This document shows positions 13,299-20,975 of a stretch of 32,000 bases of DNA, piece by piece (the stretch's first letter is position 1; the number at the start of each line of letters is the position of its first letter). The position numbers were made by a program, and so were the translations under genes. This stretch comes from Horticoccus luteus (lineage in GTDB: Bacteria; Verrucomicrobiota; Verrucomicrobiia; Opitutales; Opitutaceae). The stretch is from NCBI RefSeq assembly GCF_019464535.1, contig NZ_CP080507.1:3660001-3692000 (forward strand), given 5' to 3'. The notes beneath the pieces are model-generated. The model did no database searches. It was not told where the DNA came from and worked only from the letters and a program-made list of their open reading frames with translations.

Positions 13299-15722
13299 AT
13301 GAAATCACTTCTGTCTGTCGGATGTCTCGCTCTGGCTTTGGTCAGCCTCGCGATCGCGGGGGAGCCGGTGATTCCGGTCTTTCAGCTTAAGCCTGGGCAA
13401 CTTGAAACCGCGCCGAGTTTCGAGGCTTGCAGCTACTATTTTCGCCCGACTGACGTGGCGGGGCGCGGCTATGCGGTGGAGTTTCGCCGCACGGGCGACA
13501 CGGCGTGGCAGCGGGCCTTTGAGCCGGTTTGCGATCAGCCCGTGGGAATTTGGAAAGGGAGTCTTTTTAATCTGACGGAGGATACGGACTGGCAGGTGCG
13601 AGTGCTTTCATCGAGTGGCGCGGAGATTATCGGACCACAGGGGTTTCACACGTGGTCGAGCCACCCGCCGATCGCGCGCATCATCGATCTCAGCCAGCTC
13701 GCGCCAGGGCCGAAGGGCTGGGTGATCTCTGATCAGGGCCAGCCGGATGGCTGGATCAAATATACGGCGCCCGCGGGCTGGAAACTGGAGTGCGCGTATG
13801 ACGCGAAGGATCTGTCGGGCGCGGCGATCACGTTTTCCGGCGCGAGCCATGTGATTTTGGAAAACATCACGGTCGTTGGCGGAGCGCGCTACGGCATTCT
13901 CGTCGAAAACTCCGAGTCGGTGAGAATCCTCAACTGCGAGGTCACGGGCTGGGGTCGGGTGGGAGTGCAGCAGTTCACGAACACGGGTGCGCGAGGCAAG
14001 TATGCCGATGCCGCGGGCGAGTTGATCAACTTGGACGGCGGCATCACGATCACGCGCAGCGCACGCACGGTCGTCGAGCGCTGCTACGTGCACGATCCGC
14101 GGCACCGGGCGAACTCGTGGATGTATTCCCATCCGGCCGGCCCCTCGGCGGTCTTCGTGAATTTCGCGCGCGGCGGCACGGTGCTACGATGGAACGATTT
14201 CGTCGGCAGCGACGAGCATCGGTGGAACGACGTGGTGGAGTCCGCGAGCAACTCCGCGCCGGACGGCGGATTTTTTCGCGACAGCGACATCAGCGGCAAC
14301 TTCCTCGCTTTCGGCAACGACGACGGCATCGAGCTCGAGGGCGGTGGGATGAACGTGCGCTTTTACCGCAATAAGATCGAGGGCACGACTTGCGGGATCA
14401 GCACCGGCCCCTGTTTCGTCGGCCCCCAGTTTGTTTACGGCAACCTCGTCGCAAATCCCGGCGATGAGGCGGGTCTGGCGCTCATGTTTTTCAAAAACAG
14501 CCACCGGGCGGAGCAGGGTGGGAAGCGGCACTTCGTCAACAACACGCTCTACGGACTCAACTGCAGCGCTTACGGCAGCTATGGCCGTCCCACGGGCAGC
14601 GGCCGCCTCGGCTACATGCGCAACAATGTCTTTGTCGGCAACGCCGCGCGCCTCCCCGGCGACTGGGCGCGGCGCGAGGATTTTGACGGCGACCTGTTTT
14701 GGCTCGAGGGCAGTGTGGAGGCGTCGCGGAGTTTTCTCAACGGCCTGCTCAAGGTCGGGCAGGAGATGCAGGGCGCGGCGGGTGATCCGCATTTCGTCGC
14801 CCCGGAGGAGGGTGATTTTCACCTCGGCGCGGATAGCCCGGCGCGCCAGCGCGCGTTGGCCGTGGCCAATCTCACCGTGGCGGGCGCCCACCTCGGCGCG
14901 TTGGCCGACGACGCGACGGAGGTGCCGTTTCGCCCGCTCGCGCTCACGGCCACGCCGCGCCAGCTCGATTTTTCCGCGCCCGAAAAAAACGCGCGGATGC
15001 AGGTCACGCTGCGCGTGCCGGCCGGAGCGAAGGAAGCGGTGCCGTTTGTGATCCGAAAGAATCGCGTCGCCACATGGTTCGACGTCTCGCCGGCGACGGG
15101 CACGGTGGCGCCGGGTGAAACGGTGACGCTGACGGTGACGGTTGATCCTGCGGCGCTGCGCGGGCGGCCGCGCTTCAAGGGCGCGTTTTTGGTGCGCACG
15201 CCCTCAGGCCTCTCGCGGCCGGTGTCCGTGTATGCTGCGGTGGATTTTCACGAGGATCTGCGACCGGCGTCAGCGCCAGACACAGTGTATCTGGACGCGG
15301 TGACACTGGCCGATGGGAAGCGGCGCCTGAGCGATGCCGGGGCGCCGGTCGGCGGAAAATATCTCGCCCTCAACGCCGGCGATGCGTCGGTGGCGGCGCG
15401 ATTTGTGCTGCCGCGTGGCGGACGCTACGCGCTGCTGGCACGGGCGGGCATCGGGCGCGAGGTGATGAAAAAGCGGAATTTCGCCCTCACGCTCGACGGC
15501 GCGATGAAGCCGGCGAATGTGCCGCTCAACACCGATTACGAGTGGAACACGGGCGCCACGAATGTGCGCGTGGTTTTCCTGCACGATCTTGGCGAGCTTG
15601 CGCCGGGCGACCACGAATTGCGGCTGCAGCTGACCGGCGGAGAAATCGGCCTGCACGAGCTGATCATCACCGACAATCCGGCGGCATTTTTCGCCGACAC
15701 CTGGCAGCGGGAGAAAAAATAA
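13299..15722 (+). CDS. Secreted right-handed parallel beta-helix repeat protein (807 aa), a putative polysaccharide lyase or glycosidase
   Basis: ATG 13299. Signal peptide MKSLLSVGCLALALVSLAIAG. Beta-helix coil pattern: ITFSGASHVILENITVVGGARYGILVENSESVRILNCEVTGWG ... GGITITRSARTVVERCYVHD ... ISGNFLAFGNDDGIELEGG. The C-terminal regions look like beta-sandwiches. TAA 15720-15722. Confidence 0.75.
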   Translation: MKSLLSVGCLALALVSLAIAGEPVIPVFQLKPGQLETAPSFEACSYYFRPTDVAGRGYAVEFRRTGDTAWQRAFEPVCDQPVGIWKGSLFNLTEDTDWQVRVLSSSGAEIIGPQGFHTWSSHPPIARIIDLSQLAPGPKGWVISDQGQPDGWIKYTAPAGWKLECAYDAKDLSGAAITFSGASHVILENITVVGGARYGILVENSESVRILNCEVTGWGRVGVQQFTNTGARGKYADAAGELINLDGGITITRSARTVVERCYVHDPRHRANSWMYSHPAGPSAVFVNFARGGTVLRWNDFVGSDEHRWNDVVESASNSAPDGGFFRDSDISGNFLAFGNDDGIELEGGGMNVRFYRNKIEGTTCGISTGPCFVGPQFVYGNLVANPGDEAGLALMFFKNSHRAEQGGKRHFVNNTLYGLNCSAYGSYGRPTGSGRLGYMRNNVFVGNAARLPGDWARREDFDGDLFWLEGSVEASRSFLNGLLKVGQEMQGAAGDPHFVAPEEGDFHLGADSPARQRALAVANLTVAGAHLGALADDATEVPFRPLALTATPRQLDFSAPEKNARMQVTLRVPAGAKEAVPFVIRKNRVATWFDVSPATGTVAPGETVTLTVTVDPAALRGRPRFKGAFLVRTPSGLSRPVSVYAAVDFHEDLRPASAPDTVYLDAVTLADGKRRLSDAGAPVGGKYLALNAGDASVAARFVLPRGGRYALLARAGIGREVMKKRNFALTLDGAMKPANVPLNTDYEWNTGATNVRVVFLHDLGELAPGDHELRLQLTGGEIGLHELIITDNPAAFFADTWQREKK

Positions 15723-15723
15723 C

Positions 15724-17364
15724 ATGCCATGGCCCCTCTTTGTTCTGGGCGCGGCGCTGGCCGTCGCCCATCCGACCACCGCAGCGGAGCCGAGCGCGGA
15801 GTGCCGCAACGGCGAGTTTCAGTTCAGCGCCACGTTCAGCAACCGCGGTGTGGACGGCCACCCGGCCCACCCCGTCACGGCTTACCTGTGGATTCCGCCG
15901 GACTGCGGCAAGGTGCGCGGGCTCATTCTCACGCAGCAGAATGTCGGCGAGCAGACCTTCACCGAGCATCCGGCGATCCGCGAGGCGTGCGCCCGCAACG
16001 GACTGGCGATCCTTTGGTGCTGCCCGGCCATCGACATCCGTTTTGAAAAGGACCGGAAGGCAGCCGTGCAGGTGCTTGAGGACGGGCTGCGCCAGCTAGC
16101 GGAGGTTTCCGGCTACTCTGAGATCGGCTCGGCACCGTGGATCACCTTCGGGCATTCCACGACGGCGACGTTTGCGCGCACGCTCGCCGAGGCGCGGCTT
16201 GATCGCACGCTCGCGATCATCTCGGCCAAAGGTGGCATCATGCTGCCGGTGGTGGGCTCGGTGCCGGGCGTTTACTCCGGCGGGCATTTTCCCGAGTGGC
16301 GGCAGACCTCGGCTGACTGGACCAAGCAGGGTCGTTCACTGCCGGCGCTGGAACGGATTCGCGATGGATTGAAGGCCCGCTGGCGCCCCGTTTCATATGT
16401 CGAGGAGTTTGGCGGCGGGCACTTCGACTACACGGATCGCTACCTCGAGTTTCTCGCGCTCTATATCGACAAGGTGATGCGCTATCGGCTGAACGCCGAC
16501 GGCTCGATTCGCGCGATCCGGCCGGACGAGGGTTTCGTGGTCGACATGCGGCCGCCACTGCCAACGGCTCCGCTGCGGATTCTGCCGCTGAAGGAGGCGA
16601 CGGGTGATCAGCGCTCGGCGCCGTGGTTTTTCGACCGCGAACTGGCGGAGGCGGCGGTGGCGCTGATGGATGACGGCCATTGGGAGCGGAAGAACCAGAT
16701 CGTGGCCTTCGCCAAGGCGGACGGCACACCGGCGGAGTTTTCCAAGTCGGGCATTGCCGACCCGGTGCCGTGCGAAATCGCCACGGACGGGGTCACGGTC
16801 ACCCACCTCGAAACGACGTTTCTTGATGAGTTGCCGGGAAACTTTGCGCAGGCGGGCATGAAACTGACGCACGCGGCCACCGGCCCGCGCACGATCGAGC
16901 GCATTTCCGGCGTGTTCGTCGCCGATGGCGGCAAATACCGCATCGAACTGAACCGCGGCTATCCCGCCATCCCGAACTTCATCGCAGTGCGCCATGCGGG
17001 CGATGCCACGCACCGGCCAACGGTCCAGCCAGCGCGGTTTGTGCCTCCGGTGTTCACGGGCCGGGCTCAGAAAATCACCTTTGGCAGGATTGGCGACCAG
17101 ACGGCGGGCGTCGCGCGGGTCGCACTGCATGCCGAGTCCGACGCCGGGCTGAAGGTGCGGTTTTTTGTGCGCAGCGGTCCGGCCAAGATGGTGGGCGACG
17201 AGCTGGTTTTCCTGCCGGTGCCTCCGCGCACCCGCTGGCCGGTGAAGATAACGGTTGTCGCCTGGCAGCTGGGCCGGGGCGGTGCAAATCCCGTGGCTGC
17301 GGCGGAGATGGCGGAACAGACGTTTTGGCTGAAGGCGCGTTTGGGCGCGAAGGCGCAGCCATGA
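15724..17364 (+). CDS. Secreted hypothetical protein (546 aa), possibly alpha/beta-hydrolase-like at its N-terminus
   Basis: ATG 15724 lies 1 nt after the upstream TAA, so the two genes are translationally coupled. Signal peptide MPWPLFVLGAALAVAHPTTAAEP. WITFGHSTTATFA is a weak nucleophile-elbow-like motif (GHSTT, not a strict G-x-S-x-G). TGA 17362-17364. Confidence 0.7.
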   Translation: MPWPLFVLGAALAVAHPTTAAEPSAECRNGEFQFSATFSNRGVDGHPAHPVTAYLWIPPDCGKVRGLILTQQNVGEQTFTEHPAIREACARNGLAILWCCPAIDIRFEKDRKAAVQVLEDGLRQLAEVSGYSEIGSAPWITFGHSTTATFARTLAEARLDRTLAIISAKGGIMLPVVGSVPGVYSGGHFPEWRQTSADWTKQGRSLPALERIRDGLKARWRPVSYVEEFGGGHFDYTDRYLEFLALYIDKVMRYRLNADGSIRAIRPDEGFVVDMRPPLPTAPLRILPLKEATGDQRSAPWFFDRELAEAAVALMDDGHWERKNQIVAFAKADGTPAEFSKSGIADPVPCEIATDGVTVTHLETTFLDELPGNFAQAGMKLTHAATGPRTIERISGVFVADGGKYRIELNRGYPAIPNFIAVRHAGDATHRPTVQPARFVPPVFTGRAQKITFGRIGDQTAGVARVALHAESDAGLKVRFFVRSGPAKMVGDELVFLPVPPRTRWPVKITVVAWQLGRGGANPVAAAEMAEQTFWLKARLGAKAQP

Positions 17365-17397
17365 GTGGTCCGCGCGGGTGGATTTCCCGGCACTTTT

Positions 17398-17563
17398 AGG
17401 GAGCTCCTATTTTCTCTCCCGCCCGTAGGGCCGTCGCTGGTCGGTGCGTCATCCGAACCACCTCCTGCGGAGGCCAGGCACAGCCACAAGGGCCGGCCCT
17501 ATGCAGACTTCGAGTTCCTGTACGTGCCTTTTACGCATAGCCATGAGAAAATAGGAGTCCCCT
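17398..17563. repeat. 166-bp element bounded by 19-bp imperfect inverted repeats, in a convergent intergenic spacer
   Basis: The left arm agggagctcctattttctc (17398-17416) and right arm gagaaaataggagtcccct (17545-17563) are complementary at 17 of 19 positions, with 13 contiguous (ctcctattttctc / gagaaaataggag). Inner complementary pairs: 17426-17432 with 17495-17501 (tagggcc/ggcccta), and 17461-17465 with 17469-17473 (cctcc/ggagg). Confidence 0.6.
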
Positions 17564-17706
17564 TTATTCGCGCAGGCCGGAGGGCCGCGCGCTCCCCCGC
17601 GCGGCTGTGTCGCCTCTCCAGCCGATCAAGCCGCGCGCGGCGCGCACGGCCCACCTTGCCCTCTTTCGCGCCCCGCGCAGACCCAGACCTCACCCGCAAA
17701 CGTCGT

Positions 17707-19626
17707 TCACCAGAACATCGCGTAAAGCGCCACCGTTGCGACGATCACCACGAGTCCCCACGCCTTCGCGCGACCAGAGCTCTCGACCGCAATCACGTTC
17801 TGCGTCGGCAGTTCCACCGGCTGCGCCAGCGGACGGACCATCGTCACGATCGTCAGCACCGCAACCACCAGCCCGAAGCAGATCGCCATGCGGTTGAGGA
17901 ACGACACATCCGGAATCGCCACTTTCAGCGCTCCGTATAGAATAGCATTCAATATAATTCCCAACCAGCCGGCGAAGCGCGGCGTGCGCGCAACCATCAG
18001 GCCGAAGATGAACACCGCCAGCACTCCGGGACTGATGAAGCCCTGAAATTCCTGGATGAACGTGAAGATGCCCCCGAACGCGGGATTTCCCAGTCCCGGC
18101 GCGATGAGGCACGCGATGATCGTGAAAACCAATACACCCCCTCGCCCCACCCGCACGAGTTCGCGCGCCGGCGCCTCCTTCCGCACCTTGCGATAGAGAT
18201 CCATCGCGAAAATCGTGGACGCCGAGTTGAGCATTGCGGCCAGCGAACTCACCACCGCACCGAAAATCGCTGCAAACACAAAGCCCTTCAACCCCGTGCC
18301 CGGCGCGAGCAACCGCCGCAGCAACGTCGGAAACGCCGCGTCGTAGTCATAGGCCACCAGCCTCGTCCCAACCACTAGCGCGCTCCCTTTCGCCGCCGTC
18401 ACCAACGCGTCGTTCGCCGCCTGCAGCGCTGCGGCATCCACCGGCTCTTCCGCTGGCTGGTGAAGCAGGGCCGCGTTGTGGCGGTAAACCTCCGCGGCGA
18501 GATCGGCATGCGTCGCGGCAAATCGCACGTCCATCGGGTAAACGATAGCCGAGTCCGCCCGCATCGCTGCGATCGCCGGCTCGTTCTTGCGCGCCGCCTC
18601 GTCGCGAAGATCGGTGTTGAACAGATTGAACGCCAGGATGCCCGGGATCACCACGATGAACGGCACGATCAGCTTCAAGCCCGCCGCAAAGACGATGCCC
18701 TTCTGCCCCTCGGCGAGCGACTTCGCGCCGAGCGTCCTTTGCATGATATACTGATTCAAGCCCCAGTAGAAAAAGTTGGGAATCCACAGACCCACGACGA
18801 GCGCCGTCCACGGAATCGAGGGATCAGTCGACGGCCGCACCATGTGCAGTTTTCCGCCCGCCGCCGCGGGCGCGTCGTTCAACAGCCAGAACCGGCTCAA
18901 CCCCGACGTCTCCGCAATCTTGTCCGCCGTTGCGCCGGGATTCACCGCATGCGCCGCCAGTTGCGTCGGATCAGCCGCGCCCAACGCTTTTACCGCCAGC
19001 CACGCCAGAATTCCTCCGCCCACGATCAGCGCCGCGCCCTGCAGCAAATCCGCCCAGGCGCACGCTTTCAACCCGCCGACAAAAACGTAGATCGCCGCAC
19101 TGCCGCCGATGATCCAGCACGCCACGGTCATGTTGCCCAGATCCAGGCCCAGCAAAGCCTGCCCTTGAAACGCCACGGTAATCACCTTCGCCCCCGAATA
19201 GATGACGGACGCCGTGGGCACGCCGACCAGAATCACCATCGTCGCCACCGCCATCACCGTCCGCGAAAAACTTCCGAAGCGATACTCCAGAAACTCCGGC
19301 ACCGTGTAGATGCCGCAGCGCAGGAATTTCGGCAGAAAGAGAAACGCCACACATACGAGCGTGACCGCCGCCATCCACTCATACGACGCGATCGCCATCC
19401 CCAGCCAGTCCGCCGCCTGCCCCGACATCCCCACAAACTGCTCCGTCGAGATGTTGGCGGCGATCAGCGAAAAACCGATCAGCCACCAGGTGAGTCCACG
19501 CCCCGCGAGGAAATAGTCGCTCGCCCCCTTGTCCGACGCGACGGCTTCGTCGCGGCTCATAAACAGGCCGATGAAAACAACCGCAGCGACAAAGCCGAGG
19601 AAGACAATAACGTCGAGAGGACTCAT
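17707..19626 (-). CDS. Sodium:solute symporter family (SSS/SGLT-type) transporter, 639 aa
   Basis: DYFLAGRGLTWWLIGFSLIAANISTEQFVGMSGQA ... YTVPEFLEYRFG ... GLKGFVFAAIFGAVVSSLAAMLNSASTIFAMDLY are classic SSS signatures. The protein has about 13-14 TM spans. ATG 19626-19624, TGA 17709-17707. Confidence 0.9.
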   Translation of the reverse strand: MSPLDVIVFLGFVAAVVFIGLFMSRDEAVASDKGASDYFLAGRGLTWWLIGFSLIAANISTEQFVGMSGQAADWLGMAIASYEWMAAVTLVCVAFLFLPKFLRCGIYTVPEFLEYRFGSFSRTVMAVATMVILVGVPTASVIYSGAKVITVAFQGQALLGLDLGNMTVACWIIGGSAAIYVFVGGLKACAWADLLQGAALIVGGGILAWLAVKALGAADPTQLAAHAVNPGATADKIAETSGLSRFWLLNDAPAAAGGKLHMVRPSTDPSIPWTALVVGLWIPNFFYWGLNQYIMQRTLGAKSLAEGQKGIVFAAGLKLIVPFIVVIPGILAFNLFNTDLRDEAARKNEPAIAAMRADSAIVYPMDVRFAATHADLAAEVYRHNAALLHQPAEEPVDAAALQAANDALVTAAKGSALVVGTRLVAYDYDAAFPTLLRRLLAPGTGLKGFVFAAIFGAVVSSLAAMLNSASTIFAMDLYRKVRKEAPARELVRVGRGGVLVFTIIACLIAPGLGNPAFGGIFTFIQEFQGFISPGVLAVFIFGLMVARTPRFAGWLGIILNAILYGALKVAIPDVSFLNRMAICFGLVVAVLTIVTMVRPLAQPVELPTQNVIAVESSGRAKAWGLVVIVATVALYAMFW

Positions 19627-19631
19627 AGGGC

Positions 19632-19659
19632 TTGGCGAATAAGACGAATTGGCGAATAA
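19632..19659 (-). promoter_or_regulatory. Two copies of an 11-nt direct repeat immediately upstream of the symporter start codon
   Basis: ttggcgaataa occurs at 19632-19642 and 19649-19659 (TTATTCGCCAA on the coding strand), a 17-nt period. The proximal copy ends 5 nt from the ATG. Confidence 0.25.
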
Positions 19660-19692
19660 AACCCGTGGTATGCGACGCAGGGCCGATGGCGC

Positions 19693-20961
19693 TCACTTCC
19701 ACCGTGTGACGTCCGGGTCCGCGCGGTAGGCGGGCGGTTTCGGTTCCAACATGGCGACGAGCGCATCCTTCAACGCAAGCGCCGTGAACAAATTTCCACG
19801 CGGGTTGTAGTGACCGACGAAATAGTGCTTTAAATAGTCTTTGATGTCGCCGCTGTAGTGCGCCAGCTCGGCGGCGTGCCCGGCGAGCAGATCGACCAGC
19901 GGTAGCTTTTTTGCCCGCATGAAATCGATGAACGACTGATCCGGCCGCACGCCTTCCGCCGCATGGCGCGCGATGAAGCTGGGCGAGTATGAAACCACAT
20001 AGAGCACGCGCTTCCCCGTCTGCGCCGCAAAGGCTTCAATCTTCTCGACGATCCTTTCCGAAGCGAAGTAGGCGGAGCGTCGATGCAATTCGTCCGCCGT
20101 GGCCGAAAGGTTTGCGGCGGTCTGCTCGCGCGTCACGATGCCGTGCGTCGTCGCCAGAGCGAGAATGCCGGCGTAACGCCGATCCGGATTTTCCATTTTG
20201 GCATTCAGGTGCGCCAGCAGAATTTGGAGCGCAAAGTCCTCTTCAAAGTGCGCACACACCCAGTCGAGGTCACACAAATGGTACACGCTTTCCGGCGTCG
20301 GGCACGGATTCGGGCATTCCTCGAATCGCCCGTCGCGCGCGTTCACCCGCACGTGCGGCAGGGTCGGCTCGATGAACTGTATGTGTTTCTTTGCCCTTAA
20401 ATTTCGCCAGGCGTCCAAATTGCGGAAGTGATCGTCCTCGTAGATGTTGAAAATGATATAATCTGCCGGATGCCGCTTCTCCTCCTGCATCATGCGGAGA
20501 TAAGCCTGATAAACTGACCAGCCGCCGACGCCGAAATTCCGGACCGGCTCGTGCAGATGCGCCGCCAACGCCTCCTGCCACGTCTCGCCGTCACTCACCT
20601 GGTGACATTGGGTGAAGCTGTTGCCGTAGGTGTTGATCCGGCACGGGCGGTCGCGGTAATTGATCGTGATCCGCTCGTCCGATGTCCCGTAGGTGTAGAC
20701 GCAGATCGAATCATCCATGCCATCCTGAAACTTTGCCGAGCGGAGCAGCCATCCGTAGTCGCTGCTATATTTCGCAAATGGGAACGCCCGCCCGGCCAGC
20801 CAGTCATCGACTTCCGCTCGCGTATATAGATGCGCCGCGAGATAGCTCCGCGCGGTGACGGGCTCCGCCTCCGGCGCGCCGAGCGCCCGGCTCGCCAGCA
20901 AGGCCGCCGCGCTCGCCGCAGTCTGACTGAGGAATTGACGGCGGGGCATGGGATTCGACAT
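19693..20961 (-). CDS. Tat-signal periplasmic protein, SGNH/GDSL-hydrolase-like (tentative)
   Basis: The twin-arginine signal is MSNPMPRRQFLSQTAASAAALLASRALGA. I preferred ATG 20961 (or 20949) to the ORF-track start 21012, which would overlap the upstream gene. SGNH-like blocks: INTYGNSFTQ (block I with GNS in place of GDS), VRNFGVGGWS (block II), IIFNIYEDD (block III-like) and GHYNPRGN (block V-like, with no obvious Asp). TGA 19695-19693. Confidence 0.7.
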   Translation of the reverse strand: MSNPMPRRQFLSQTAASAAALLASRALGAPEAEPVTARSYLAAHLYTRAEVDDWLAGRAFPFAKYSSDYGWLLRSAKFQDGMDDSICVYTYGTSDERITINYRDRPCRINTYGNSFTQCHQVSDGETWQEALAAHLHEPVRNFGVGGWSVYQAYLRMMQEEKRHPADYIIFNIYEDDHFRNLDAWRNLRAKKHIQFIEPTLPHVRVNARDGRFEECPNPCPTPESVYHLCDLDWVCAHFEEDFALQILLAHLNAKMENPDRRYAGILALATTHGIVTREQTAANLSATADELHRRSAYFASERIVEKIEAFAAQTGKRVLYVVSYSPSFIARHAAEGVRPDQSFIDFMRAKKLPLVDLLAGHAAELAHYSGDIKDYLKHYFVGHYNPRGNLFTALALKDALVAMLEPKPPAYRADPDVTRWK

Positions 20962-20975
20962 CGCGAAAAGCGTTC

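Noticed and set aside
17584-17605. 8-bp GC hairpin (gccgcgcg...cgcgcggc) as the terminator for the symporter or the 15724 operon
   Set aside because: No U-tract follows on either strand. Short GC palindromes of this kind are expected by chance in GC-rich DNA.
18460-19659. 399-aa plus-strand ORF opposite the symporter
   Set aside because: It is Arg/His/Asp-rich nonsense composition. The minus-strand frame carries unmistakable SSS-family signatures.
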